Assembly: GCA_963822585.1 (NCBI GenBank)
Contig: CAWGIE010000019.1
Location: 487,949-551,948, forward strand
Reading direction: 5' to 3'
DNA: 64,000 nt
Source of the DNA: an uncultured bacterium
GTDB lineage: Bacteria > Auribacterota > Erginobacteria > Erginobacterales > Erginobacteraceae
In this document: piece by piece, positions 11,063 to 19,771 of the stretch
Layout of the letters: each line of letters opens with the position of its first letter
Numbering within the stretch: the first letter of the stretch is position 1
Program-made: the position numbers and the translations under genes
The notes under the pieces: generated by a model
What the model was told of the DNA's origin: nothing
What the model saw: only the letters and a program-made list of their open reading frames with translations
Database searches by the model: none

Positions 11063-11410
11063 TCATCTCCTTTTATCTAAATACTCCTTCAGAGCGACGG
11101 CATTGTTGAACTTCTGCTCTTTTGTCCCGTAAAGCAAGGTTACTTGCATTTCACCGGCTTTCGCGATGACCTGATTGAGCAGTTCACTTTTATCCCTCAA
11201 CTCTTGAAAGTATCTACGCTTGAACTGACTCCACTTTCCGGGATCATGCGAAAACCATCTCCTGAGTTCAGTGCTCGGGGCTATGTCTTTCAGCCACAGA
11301 TCCACCCCGGCTTTTTTCTTGCTTAATCCCCTCGGCCAGAGCCTGTCAACAAGTATCCTGAAACCATCATTCTTGTTGGTATCATCATAAACCCTTTTAA
11401 CTTTTATCAT
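11063..11410 (-). CDS. DUF488 / YeaO family protein
   Basis: [38 protein letters not shown]. Confidence 0.9.
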   Translation of the reverse strand: MIKVKRVYDDTNKNDGFRILVDRLWPRGLSKKKAGVDLWLKDIAPSTELRRWFSHDPGKWSQFKRRYFQELRDKSELLNQVIAKAGEMQVTLLYGTKEQKFNNAVALKEYLDKRR

Positions 11411-11577
11411 AATAATATCTCCTTTTCACTCAGGTCTTCTTATTAGGTCAGTGGCACCATAGTAAACGTGAATGTAGCTGCCTATGATGAGCTTAATATC
11501 TATAACACTCTTTATTCCAGCTAATTCCCTTGAAAAGAAATGGCGCAAAGCAGGGAATGCTCTGCGCCATCTGAAGG

Positions 11578-11594
11578 CTCCCTGGGCAAGATTC
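11578..11594 (-). repeat. Duplicated 3' end of tRNA-Asn, cut at the T-loop by a palindromic insert
   Basis: CTCCCTGGGCAAGATTC matches 12057-12073 at 16/17; followed by palindromic sequence 11595-11640 up to the GIY-YIG stop codon. Confidence 0.75.
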
Positions 11595-11641
11595 CTTTCA
11601 CTGCGTGAATTTATCCTGAGAGGCAGCGAAGGAGGGTAAAC

Positions 11642-11917
11642 TCACTTCGGGCGTGACTCGTTGATCAATTTTTCCTTTTTCCTCTTTGACCAGCCTTTGA
11701 TCTGGGCCTCGCGCTTCATAGTGGAACTCCGGTCGGGAAAAGGCTCGGAATAGACCAGTTTCACCGGACAGCGATAGGCGGTGTATTTGCAACCTTTGCC
11801 TCGATTGTGGTCTTTGATTCGCTGATCGAGATTCGTCGTGATTCCGGTATAAAGCTTGCCGTCGCGACAGCGGATAACGTAGACGTGCCAGGGAGATGCG
11901 GGTTTTTGATTCATCAT
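11642..11917 (-). CDS. Small stand-alone GIY-YIG nuclease (UPF0213/YhbQ-like)
   Basis: HVYVIRC...LYTGITT...RIKDHN...KYT...REAQIK. Confidence 0.9.
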   Translation of the reverse strand: MMNQKPASPWHVYVIRCRDGKLYTGITTNLDQRIKDHNRGKGCKYTAYRCPVKLVYSEPFPDRSSTMKREAQIKGWSKRKKEKLINESRPK

Positions 11918-12014
11918 AGATACACCATACACTTCGACCCACCTTAAATCTAACGCACTAATCCTTCGACTCGCCTTGATCCTTCGACAAGCTCAGGACC
12001 AAGGCTCGCTCAGG

Positions 12015-12056
12015 ATGACAAAAGGCCCGCCTCAGAATGAGGCGGGCCTTTTGTCA
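12015..12056 (-). terminator. Hairpin immediately downstream of tRNA-Asn
   Basis: TGACAAAAGGCCCGCCTCA-GAA-TGAGGCGGGCCTTTTGTCA inverted repeat. Confidence 0.6.
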
Positions 12057-12482
12057 CTCCCCGGGCAAGATTCGAACTTGCAGCCTAGTGGTTACAAGAG
12101 CCCCGAAGTTTCCTTCGGGCTTGGACTATCTCATCTTCCACAGACAATGGAAGTCGGGCGCTTATAAGGCTTATCGGTAGGGTATCCTCATCCTCTAGTC
12201 TCTGCACGTTCCTGCTTAATGCCAGGGCTAAAGCCCTGCACGACGAACTCTCCCTTTCAGCAGGCTTCGCTCAGGATTGCCATATCCTTCGACTTCGCTC
12301 AGGACTTAGGTTCCCCTGAATTCACCCGATTTTTCAACCACGGTCTCCCGTGGAAGCTGCCAGAAAAGATCTCTCACCGAACTTCGGCAGGGCTGAAGCC
12401 CCGCATTACGAACTGTGGTTCGAGACCAATTCTCGCTTCGCGAAAATGACAGCCACCCGCTCTACCGTTGAGCTACCGGGGA
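12057..12482 (-). tRNA. trnN: tRNA-Asn(GTT), intron-containing (exons 12482-12449 and 12094-12057)
   Basis: Joined exons give TCCCCGGTAGCTCAACGGTAGAGCGGGTGGCTGT|TAACCACTAGGCTGCAAGTTCGAATCTTGCCCGGGGAG, a full cloverleaf; CCA not encoded. Confidence 0.93.
12095..12448 (-). ncRNA. Group I self-splicing intron (IC3-like), 354 nt, no ORF
   Basis: Exon ends in U, intron ends in G; IGS GCAGC pairs with exon GCUGU; P AAUUCAGGGGAA, Q AAUCCUGAGC, R GUGCAGAGACUA, S GAGAUAGUCC; P3 UCGGGUG/CGCCCGA; P2 and P9 GNRA loops. Confidence 0.92.
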
Positions 12483-12485
12483 TAA

Positions 12486-12545
12486 TAATCAGTAATCAGT
12501 GATCGGTAATCAGTGACCAGTGCTGGCTGAAGCCTGCGGCTACCG
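12486..12545. repeat. TAATCAG/TGATCGG heptamer repeats plus a GTAG-type REP
   Basis: Five heptamer units, then GGCTGAAGCCTGCGGCTACC. Confidence 0.6.
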
Positions 12546-12649
12546 ACTTTCTAAACCGATCTACGATTATTTATTTCAAAGAACAAGAAGATGGTATGCG
12601 CCATCTTGACAACCTAAAGCAGTCTACTGGAAAAGGACCGGATTTCAAT

Positions 12650-12843
12650 AAAAAAAGCCGGGACGGCCGTCACAATGAGGTAAGGTGCTCCGGAAATCCG
12701 GATCTTGTCCTGACACCTCAGGCTGTTTCAACCTCAAACCTGATTCGCGGACTCGTGCTCGACCGCCCGGCTATTTCACAACGCACCCTGCCCCGGTCCC
12801 GGTGGACTTCCCTTCGGCGGGGTCCCTACCGGGAAAGGGTGCG
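12650..12843 (-). ncRNA. Unidentified structured RNA candidate
   Basis: Two base-paired domains with G-U pairs favouring the minus strand, potential pseudoknots and a terminal U7 tract; no convincing ORF. Confidence 0.45.
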
Positions 12844-13107
12844 GCTACCGGCATTGGTGATATATAGCTTTGTTCTCTTTTTACACTATTTTTTGCGCAG
12901 CAAAAAATAAAACGCTGGACGGCCGCTAATGGTGGTAGCGCTTCGGCTTCCCGAATGGGCGACGCTTTCGCGTTCTGTCCCGTCCCGACGCTTTCAGAAG
13001 TTTCACCCGATCTTCTGATATTTCGGACGTAATTATGGCCGTCCAGCAATTGTAATATACATCGGGCGAATGAGAATGGCAAGAAGAAAAACAAAAAAAA
13101 CAACAAA

Positions 13108-13138
13108 AAAATAGTCCCGCCGGTGGCGGGACTATTTT
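13108..13138 (-). terminator. Intrinsic terminator of the por operon
   Basis: AAAATAGTCCCGCC-GGT-GGCGGGACTATTTT with a long T-run on the minus strand. Confidence 0.8.
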
Positions 13139-13170
13139 AGACGATCATTTTTGTTCGGAGCGAAGCCGTT

Positions 13171-14115
13171 TCAAACGACAACTTTCTGGACCGTGTCTCC
13201 GGTCTTTTTCAGAAGGGCGGCCCACTCTTTGTCCACGTGGGCCTGGAACTCATCGAGCAGGGGCTTGTTCTTTTCTTCCAGCAGGTGTTTGAACCGGCCC
13301 TGGACCTTGATCCATTCTTCGACCGGGAGTTTCTCTTTCGGCTTGTAGTTCAGCTTCCATTCCCCGTTCTCCACCTCGTACAGCGGCCAGAAGCAGGTCT
13401 CCACCGCCGCCTTTACGATGTCGATCGAGGTGACGGGCTGGGTGCGCCAACCGCGGAAGCAGGAGGAAAGAACGTTGATGAAGGTGGGACCCTTGATGGC
13501 GAGAGCCTTCTTGACCTTGCCGATGTAGTCCCGCCAGTTATAGGGAGATGCCTGAGCCGCGTAAGGGATGTGATGGGCAGCCACGATCGCGGTCAGATCC
13601 TTGGGGAACTGGCTTTTGCCGGGGATAACGTCCCCCGCCGGGCTGGTGGTGGTGGAGGCGCAGAAGGGCGTCGCGCTCGAACGCTGGATACCGGTATTCA
13701 TGTACGCCTCATTGTTGTAACAGATATAGAGGAAGTCATGCCCCCGCTCCAGGGCTCCGGAGAGGGACTGGAGACCGATGTCATAGGTTCCGCCGTCGCC
13801 ACCGAAGGCGATGAACTTGATGTCCCCTTTGATCTTTCCCTGTTTCTTCAAGGCCCGGTAGGCGGTTTCGACCCCGCTGATGGTGGCTGCGGCATTTTCA
13901 AAGGCATCGTGAATATAGGGAATCCGCCAGGAGGTATAGGGGTAGATGGTGGTTGAGACCTCCATGCAGCCGGTGGCAAAAGCGACCACGACCGGTCCTT
14001 CAACCGCCATCAGGGCCTGCCGGATGGCGATGACACTGCCGCACCCGGCGCAGGCACGGTGTCCCGGGCTCAACAGCTCGGGCTTTTTGGATAGTTCTTT
14101 CAGATTGAGGGTCAT
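13171..14115 (-). CDS. porB: Pyruvate/2-oxoacid:ferredoxin oxidoreductase beta subunit
   Basis: GHRACAGCG, GGDGGTYDIG TPP motif, NNEAYMNTGIQRS. Confidence 0.95.
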   Translation of the reverse strand: MTLNLKELSKKPELLSPGHRACAGCGSVIAIRQALMAVEGPVVVAFATGCMEVSTTIYPYTSWRIPYIHDAFENAAATISGVETAYRALKKQGKIKGDIKFIAFGGDGGTYDIGLQSLSGALERGHDFLYICYNNEAYMNTGIQRSSATPFCASTTTSPAGDVIPGKSQFPKDLTAIVAAHHIPYAAQASPYNWRDYIGKVKKALAIKGPTFINVLSSCFRGWRTQPVTSIDIVKAAVETCFWPLYEVENGEWKLNYKPKEKLPVEEWIKVQGRFKHLLEEKNKPLLDEFQAHVDKEWAALLKKTGDTVQKVVV

Positions 14116-14157
14116 ATTGTCTTCCTTTGTACTTAGCTTCTCCCGGCGGGGAGGGCG

Positions 14158-14311
14158 CACAGACAGGAATGTCTGTGCTACTCTGAACTCACAGACAGGA
14201 ATGTCTGTGCTACTCTGAACTCACAGACAGGAATGTCTGTGTTACTTTGAACTCACAGACAGGAATGTCTGTGTTACTTTGAACTCACAGACAAGAATGT
14301 CTGTGTTACTC
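14158..14311. repeat. Five tandem 32-bp units of a GTAG-type REP
   Basis: CACAGACAGGAATGTCTGTG(C/T)TAC at 14158, 14190, 14222, 14254, 14286. Confidence 0.9.
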
Positions 14312-15475
14312 TCGGACACCGAGATGCCAGGCGGCCTCATCGTAGATTCGGCCGGCCTTCAGATCGCCAAAGACGCCGGCAATCATCTCGGGGGTAATAT
14401 CCCTTCCGCCCAGTCCATACACATAACCGGAGACCGGGATTTCGGCTTTTCGATAAAGCGCCGACCTGATCTCGGGAAAAACGGGCCCGGCGATGCTGTT
14501 GAATCCTTCGGCGCGATCAAGAACGGCGACCGCACGGGCGCTACCGATAGCTCTCGCTATCTCATCGGCCGGGAAGGGCCGGAATACCCGCAGCTTAAGA
14601 ACGCCGACTTTCTCACCTCGTTCCCTGAGGTCATCCACGGCCGCCTTGGCCGTGCCGGCGGTGGAACCGAGGGCCACCACTATATATTCCGCGTCTTCAG
14701 TGTAATATTCATCGAAAAATCCGTAGTGCCGCCCGGAGAGCTTTCCGAACTCCTCTCCCACTTCGAGGATCACCTTCTTAGAGTTCTTCATCGCCATTGC
14801 CTGCTGCATCTTGTGCTCGAAATAGTAATCCTGGAGATCAAGGGGCCCATAGGTCACGGGATGGCCAGTGTCGAGGAGGGAATAACGGGGCTTGTAGTCG
14901 CCGATGAATTTTTTGATCTCTTCATCTTCCAGGACATCCACCCGTTCCACGGTATGACTGATAATAAAGCCGTCGTAGGTTGTCATGACCGGCAGGAGGA
15001 CATCCTTATTCTCGGCGATCTTCACGGCCTGGATAATGTTGTCATACACTTCCTGGGAATTCTCGCTATAAAGCTGAATCCATCCCGAGTCCCGGCAGCC
15101 CATGGAATCACTGTGGTCGCAGTGGATATTGATCGGACCGGAAAGGGCGCGGTTGACCACCGCCATCACGATCGGGAGACGGGTGGAGGCGGCGATGTAA
15201 ACTATCTCCCACATCAAAGCCAGCCCGTTGGCGGAGGTCGCCGACATCACCCGGGCGCCACCGGCGGAAGCGCCGACCGCGGCGCTCATGGCCGAATGCT
15301 CGGATTCCACCAGGATCATCTCGGTCTGGACTTTCCCGTCGGCGACGTACTGAGCGAAGGTCTGCATCAGTTCCGTCTGGGGAGTAATCGGATACGCCGG
15401 CACTACATCCGGGTCGATCTGCTTCATGGCATAGGCACCGGCTTCGTTTCCGGTAAGTGCTAACATCTCACTCAT
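14306..15475 (-). CDS. porA: Pyruvate/2-oxoacid:ferredoxin oxidoreductase alpha subunit
   Basis: AYPITPQT, VESEHSAMS, NRALSGPINIHCDH, YGLGGRD. Confidence 0.95.
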   Translation of the reverse strand: MSEMLALTGNEAGAYAMKQIDPDVVPAYPITPQTELMQTFAQYVADGKVQTEMILVESEHSAMSAAVGASAGGARVMSATSANGLALMWEIVYIAASTRLPIVMAVVNRALSGPINIHCDHSDSMGCRDSGWIQLYSENSQEVYDNIIQAVKIAENKDVLLPVMTTYDGFIISHTVERVDVLEDEEIKKFIGDYKPRYSLLDTGHPVTYGPLDLQDYYFEHKMQQAMAMKNSKKVILEVGEEFGKLSGRHYGFFDEYYTEDAEYIVVALGSTAGTAKAAVDDLRERGEKVGVLKLRVFRPFPADEIARAIGSARAVAVLDRAEGFNSIAGPVFPEIRSALYRKAEIPVSGYVYGLGGRDITPEMIAGVFGDLKAGRIYDEAAWHLGVRE

Positions 15476-15525
15476 GCAATTTTCCTCTGGAAAATAATTG
15501 TTTATCGTTCACAGATACCGGCTAA

Positions 15526-15876
15526 TCAAATCCCGTCACTGCCGGGGGGTGATTTCCTGATCCCCCATTCATCTATCTTAACATCCGATATCTTTTCTTC
15601 CGCTATCATTTCTATTGCTTGCACCGGGCAGGTATGGGCACAGATACCGCAGCCCTTGCAGTGCTTATAATCAAAACCCGCCATCTTCTCGTTTTCCACC
15701 ATGACCGAGCCGTCGGGACAAAAGATCCAGCACTGCAGACAGTCGATGCATTTTTCCTTGTCAAGGACAGGGCGGGACGCCCGCCAATCTCCGGTTTCGT
15801 ACTCGAAAGAATTGCCGGCGTGGACAATCAACCCGCCAATCGGGATTTCCTTCCATCCGGGGGCTTTTTCACTCAT
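15526..15876 (-). CDS. porD: Oxidoreductase delta subunit (2x[4Fe-4S])
   Basis: TGDWR, CIDCLQCWIFCP, CKGCGICAHTCP. Confidence 0.93.
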   Translation of the reverse strand: MSEKAPGWKEIPIGGLIVHAGNSFEYETGDWRASRPVLDKEKCIDCLQCWIFCPDGSVMVENEKMAGFDYKHCKGCGICAHTCPVQAIEMIAEEKISDVKIDEWGIRKSPPGSDGI

Positions 15877-16445
15877 GTCTTCACTTCCTTAAATGCTCGT
15901 TCAACGGCTTTGATATTTCCTTCCAGGATTTTGGGGGCGAACTTCTTGGCAAACTGCCGCCGGATATCGGAAGTGACCGATTCCAGTTTCACCACCCCGG
16001 TGGCTTTAACCAGGGCCCCGAGAAGCGGCATGTTGGGCATCGCCCGGCCGATTTCGTCTTTGGAAATCTGATCGGCATCCACGATCCAGACCTTTTTTCC
16101 CTGCAGAAAGGGGAACTGTTTTTTGAGTTCATCGGGCGTCAGGGTGCTGTTAATAATAACCGACCCGCCCTCTTTCAAACCTTCACAGACGTTGATCGAC
16201 TCCAGCAAACTGGGATCAAGAACGAGAACAATATCCGGATTATAGACGGCGGAGTGCATCTTGATCTGACCTTCGCTGATCCGAGTATACCCCTTAATGG
16301 GGGCGCCCGAACGTTCCGGACCGTACTCCGGAAATCCCTGGCTGTATTTTCCTTCATTAAGGGCCACCAGGGCCAGGAACTCCGCCACGGTTTTGGCTCC
16401 CTGGCCGCCCCGGCCATGCCACCGTATTTCAATTATTTTCTTCAT
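15873..16445 (-). CDS. porC: Oxidoreductase gamma subunit
   Basis: EIRWHGRGGQGAKT, YGPERSGAP. Confidence 0.95.
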   Translation of the reverse strand: MKKIIEIRWHGRGGQGAKTVAEFLALVALNEGKYSQGFPEYGPERSGAPIKGYTRISEGQIKMHSAVYNPDIVLVLDPSLLESINVCEGLKEGGSVIINSTLTPDELKKQFPFLQGKKVWIVDADQISKDEIGRAMPNMPLLGALVKATGVVKLESVTSDIRRQFAKKFAPKILEGNIKAVERAFKEVKT

Positions 16446-16666
16446 AAGATCAACTCACTTCATTCGTTATTTGATCCGCTTCCCGATTGAATCAACCGGG
16501 GATCTGCTGGTTGACTGAAATACAATCCGCTATCGCACTATCAGCCGGGCGAGATAATGATTTCGCCAATTTGGTCGTACAGTAGCAAAATGGGAAGAAA
16601 TCCGCAAATTTATTTTCAGAATAGGCGGGGATTACTTCATTCCCCGTTTATCTAAACACGCGTATA

Positions 16667-17266
16667 CTAATACTCGCGACGGCCTTCAATGGCCTTCATC
16701 AACGTTGACGGATCCATGAAATCAAGGGAGCTCCCCACCGGTATTCCGGCCGCGATGCGGGTGACCCGGACCCTCAGCGTTTTAAGAACCCGGGCAAGGT
16801 AAAGAGCGGTCGTCTCTCCGTCGATATCCGAACCGGTGGCAATAATTATCTCATGGGGCGAGGCTTTTTTAACCCGGGCCAGCAATTCCTTGATCTTGAG
16901 ATCTTCGGGACCAAAACCATCCAGGGGGATGATTTTTCCCATCAGCACGTGATAAACCCCTTGATAATTCCCGGCCTGTTCGAGGGCGATCACATCCTTG
17001 GGATCCTCGACCACGCAGATCAGACGATGATCGCGTTGATTGTCGCTGCAGATCCGGCAGACATCATGTGAGGTGAGATTCCCGCAGACCGGGCAGAAGC
17101 GTATTCTGGCCTTTACTTCCGCGATCGCCTGAAGGAGCTCGCCGGTTGCGGCATCGCTTTTCTGCAAAAGATGGAAGAGAATTCTCTGGGCGCTCCGGGG
17201 GCCGATGCCGGGCAACGCGGTCAGAGCATCAAGCGCTTTCTGCATTATGGTGGGGTAGCGAGCCAT
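16667..17266 (-). CDS. recR: Recombination mediator RecR
   Basis: LPGIGPRSAQR HhH, C4 zinc finger, TOPRIM ICVVE and GETTALY. Confidence 0.97.
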   Translation of the reverse strand: MARYPTIMQKALDALTALPGIGPRSAQRILFHLLQKSDAATGELLQAIAEVKARIRFCPVCGNLTSHDVCRICSDNQRDHRLICVVEDPKDVIALEQAGNYQGVYHVLMGKIIPLDGFGPEDLKIKELLARVKKASPHEIIIATGSDIDGETTALYLARVLKTLRVRVTRIAAGIPVGSSLDFMDPSTLMKAIEGRREY

Positions 17267-17335
17267 GGTGAAATATTATTGAAATGTGGAGTGTGAGGAG
17301 TTGGGGAAAAATATTATTAAATCTTATTCCTGAAA

Positions 17336-17418
17336 AGTAATCAGTAATCAGTGATCAGTAATCGGTATGCCCCGGCCAGGGGATAAACTGATTACCGATC
17401 ACTGATAACCGATCACCG
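17336..17418. repeat. Inverted arrays of TAATCAG heptamers
   Basis: AGTAATCAGTAATCAGTGATCAGTAATCGG facing ACTGATTACCGATCACTGATAACCGATCAC. Confidence 0.75.
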
Positions 17419-17423
17419 GTTCT

Positions 17424-17747
17424 TCATATTCCCAGTCCCGGCAGATTCATGCCGCCGGTAATCGCCGACATCTGTTCCTGTGCGGCGGCTTCTACTTTCT
17501 CCGTTGCCTGCCTGATGGCGGACAAAATCAGATCCTCCAGCATCTGAACATCGTCCCGGTCCACCACATCAGGATTGATGGAAATGGAAACAAGTTCTTT
17601 CTTCCCATTGACCACCGCCTTGACCATTCCTCCTCCCGAGCTGCCTTCCGCCTCTTGTCTCGCCAGCTCTTCCTGCATGCGGAGCAACCTGGCCTGCATC
17701 TGCTGTGCCTGTTTGAGCATCTTTCCCATACCAGCCACTGTAAACAC
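17424..17747 (-). CDS. ybaB: YbaB/EbfC nucleoid-associated protein
   Basis: KQAQQMQ, GSSGGGMV, MLEDLI; located between dnaX and recR. Confidence 0.95.
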   Translation of the reverse strand: MFTVAGMGKMLKQAQQMQARLLRMQEELARQEAEGSSGGGMVKAVVNGKKELVSISINPDVVDRDDVQMLEDLILSAIRQATEKVEAAAQEQMSAITGGMNLPGLGI

Positions 17748-17757
17748 CTCCCCAAAT

Positions 17758-17823
17758 AGAACTTAGCCCTCGCTTCGCTCGGGCAACTAAAAAAACTACG
17801 AATTTCGCGAATTACACGAATTT
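17758..17823. repeat. 66-bp dispersed repeat, copy 1
   Basis: Identical but for one base to 62387-62452. Confidence 0.9.
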
Positions 17824-17925
17824 ATTTTAAAATATTCCTGCAATGTCGATTCAATGCTTGCACATTCTTATTTTTCCGGAGGAAATCAAAACATATATCA
17901 GCGAGCGCAGCTCGCTGATATATAA

Positions 17926-19533
17926 TTACTCCTTCACGTCCAGTATACTCCCGTCAAACATCTCGAGCGTGGATTCAATGACCGGATTCTCCCGGATGAT
18001 TGTTTTTTTCTTCTCCCGGGAAGAACCGGGCGCTTCCGGAGGCTTCTTCCGCGCGGAGGTGCTGCCGCGGACCGCGAAAGCGAGCCGGACAGGGAATCCG
18101 AGTTTGTTTTTAAGCAGGGTTTCCATATAAGACCGTTTCGGTGGGGACTCCAGCGCTTCCCGGTGAAAATCGAAATCCTCCTTGAAGTAAATCGTTAAGG
18201 TGCCATCCTCGAGCTGCCCTGGTTCCGCGTCCGTCAGATACGCTTTCAGCATCGGACGGTTGGCTCCCAGGGTCTCCAGAAAATCCGGCCATATCTCACT
18301 GATCGTCCCGGGGGGTGAGGACTCAGCCTCCTTTTCCAGATAATCCCCGGAAGCGGCAGGTTCATCCCGGCCGGGCGGTGGGGGGGAGATCCCCGTCTCC
18401 AGTTCTTCCAGACGATCAATCAGTTCATCGAGGAATAAACGGCCGCGCGACTGGGCGACTTTCATCAGAACCATTTCCAGCGCAACTTGCTCTGAAATGG
18501 CGTATCTGATCGTCGACTCCGCCTGAATCAGTTCATTGAGAATAAAGAGCAGGCGGGAATTACTGAAAGCTTCGCTTAATTGCCCCATATCCCGCATTTC
18601 TTCGGCGGGGACATCGGTCAATATATCAGCCGAATTACCCGTCGAAATAACCAGAAGATCGCGGAAGTGTTTGATCAGCGACGAGAGAAAGTAAGAGACG
18701 TTCCAACCCTGGTCAATAACTTCCCCCACCAGAGTGATGATCCGTGAAAGATCCCCGGCCAGAATCGCGCGAGAAAACCCAATCACCACCGTACGGGGGA
18801 CAAGCCCGAGCAGGGCCGTGACATCCTGCTGACGGATGGTGCCCTCACAATATACCAGCAGCTGATCAAGAATGGATTCGGCATCCCTCATTCCACCCTC
18901 GGCAGCGGAAGCGACCGTGGTCAAGGCTTCTTCTTCATAGGGGATATTTTCATCCGATAGAATTCGCTTGAGCCGTTCAAGAATCTTATGTCGGGGAATC
19001 TTCCGGAGGTCGAAACGCTGACAGCGCGAAATGATGGTGTCCGGGATCTTTTGCGGTTCGGTAGTGGCAAAAAAGAATTTAACGTGGGCGGGCGGTTCTT
19101 CCAGCGTCTTCAACAGGGCGTTGAAGGCACTGGTGGAAAGCATGTGCACTTCATCGATGATGTAGATCTTATTCTTCCCTCGGGAAGACGCATACTTTAC
19201 GTTCTCTTTCAGCTGCCTGATGTCATCGACACTGGTATTAGAGGCTCCGTCGATCTCCATCACATCCAGACTGTTTCCGGCCATAATTTCCAGACAGGAT
19301 TCGCAACGATCGCAGGGGGTCGGAGTCGGTGAATCGGCGGACAGGCAATTCAAGCTCTTGGCGAATATCCGGGCCAGCGTAGTTTTGCCGATACCGCGTG
19401 GTCCGGTAAAAAGATAGGCATGGCCGAGACGTTGCTGCTTGATGGCGTTCAACAGCGTAGTAGTGATATGCTGCTGCCCCACAACTTCTTCGAACTGCTG
19501 CGGCCGCCACTTTCTCGCCAATGCCGTGTACAT
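17926..19533 (-). CDS. dnaX: DNA polymerase III gamma/tau
   Basis: ARKWRPQQF, GPRGIGKTT, IIDEVHML, SRC. Confidence 0.97.
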   Translation of the reverse strand: MYTALARKWRPQQFEEVVGQQHITTTLLNAIKQQRLGHAYLFTGPRGIGKTTLARIFAKSLNCLSADSPTPTPCDRCESCLEIMAGNSLDVMEIDGASNTSVDDIRQLKENVKYASSRGKNKIYIIDEVHMLSTSAFNALLKTLEEPPAHVKFFFATTEPQKIPDTIISRCQRFDLRKIPRHKILERLKRILSDENIPYEEEALTTVASAAEGGMRDAESILDQLLVYCEGTIRQQDVTALLGLVPRTVVIGFSRAILAGDLSRIITLVGEVIDQGWNVSYFLSSLIKHFRDLLVISTGNSADILTDVPAEEMRDMGQLSEAFSNSRLLFILNELIQAESTIRYAISEQVALEMVLMKVAQSRGRLFLDELIDRLEELETGISPPPPGRDEPAASGDYLEKEAESSPPGTISEIWPDFLETLGANRPMLKAYLTDAEPGQLEDGTLTIYFKEDFDFHREALESPPKRSYMETLLKNKLGFPVRLAFAVRGSTSARKKPPEAPGSSREKKKTIIRENPVIESTLEMFDGSILDVKE

Positions 19534-19771
19534 TTTAATTTTTTCCTCCGGAAAAAATTAGGCTAACCCGATCAAAATCGGGTTATTTTTGATCAATGAC
19601 AGAATCACTGCGGATAATAATAAGATAGGACAGCTCTGGAATTATAATCTTCCACTAAAGATAACTATATCATCATTACCTTATCGCGGTATTACATACA
19701 ATCGCCCGGGCAATTTTTACTCCTATCTATTTTATTTTCAGTCTCCTTTTTCAGGAGACTGAAAATAAAAT

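Noticed and set aside
11642..11917. GIY-YIG as the homing endonuclease of the intron
   Set aside because: It lies outside the intron, has only about 90 aa with no DNA-binding extension, and the associated breakpoint is the T-loop rather than the anticodon.
11976..12449. ORFs over the intron and tRNA
   Set aside because: They are short antisense readings of structural RNA with no endonuclease motifs.
12650..12843. RNase P RNA or a known riboswitch
   Set aside because: GGAAGTCC and CCCGGCTT resemble the P4 strands, but the other conserved regions are missing; no riboswitch consensus was recognised.
14158..14311. CRISPR array
   Set aside because: The 8-bp spacers are near-identical, the unit occurs singly elsewhere, and there are no cas genes; this is a REP tandem.
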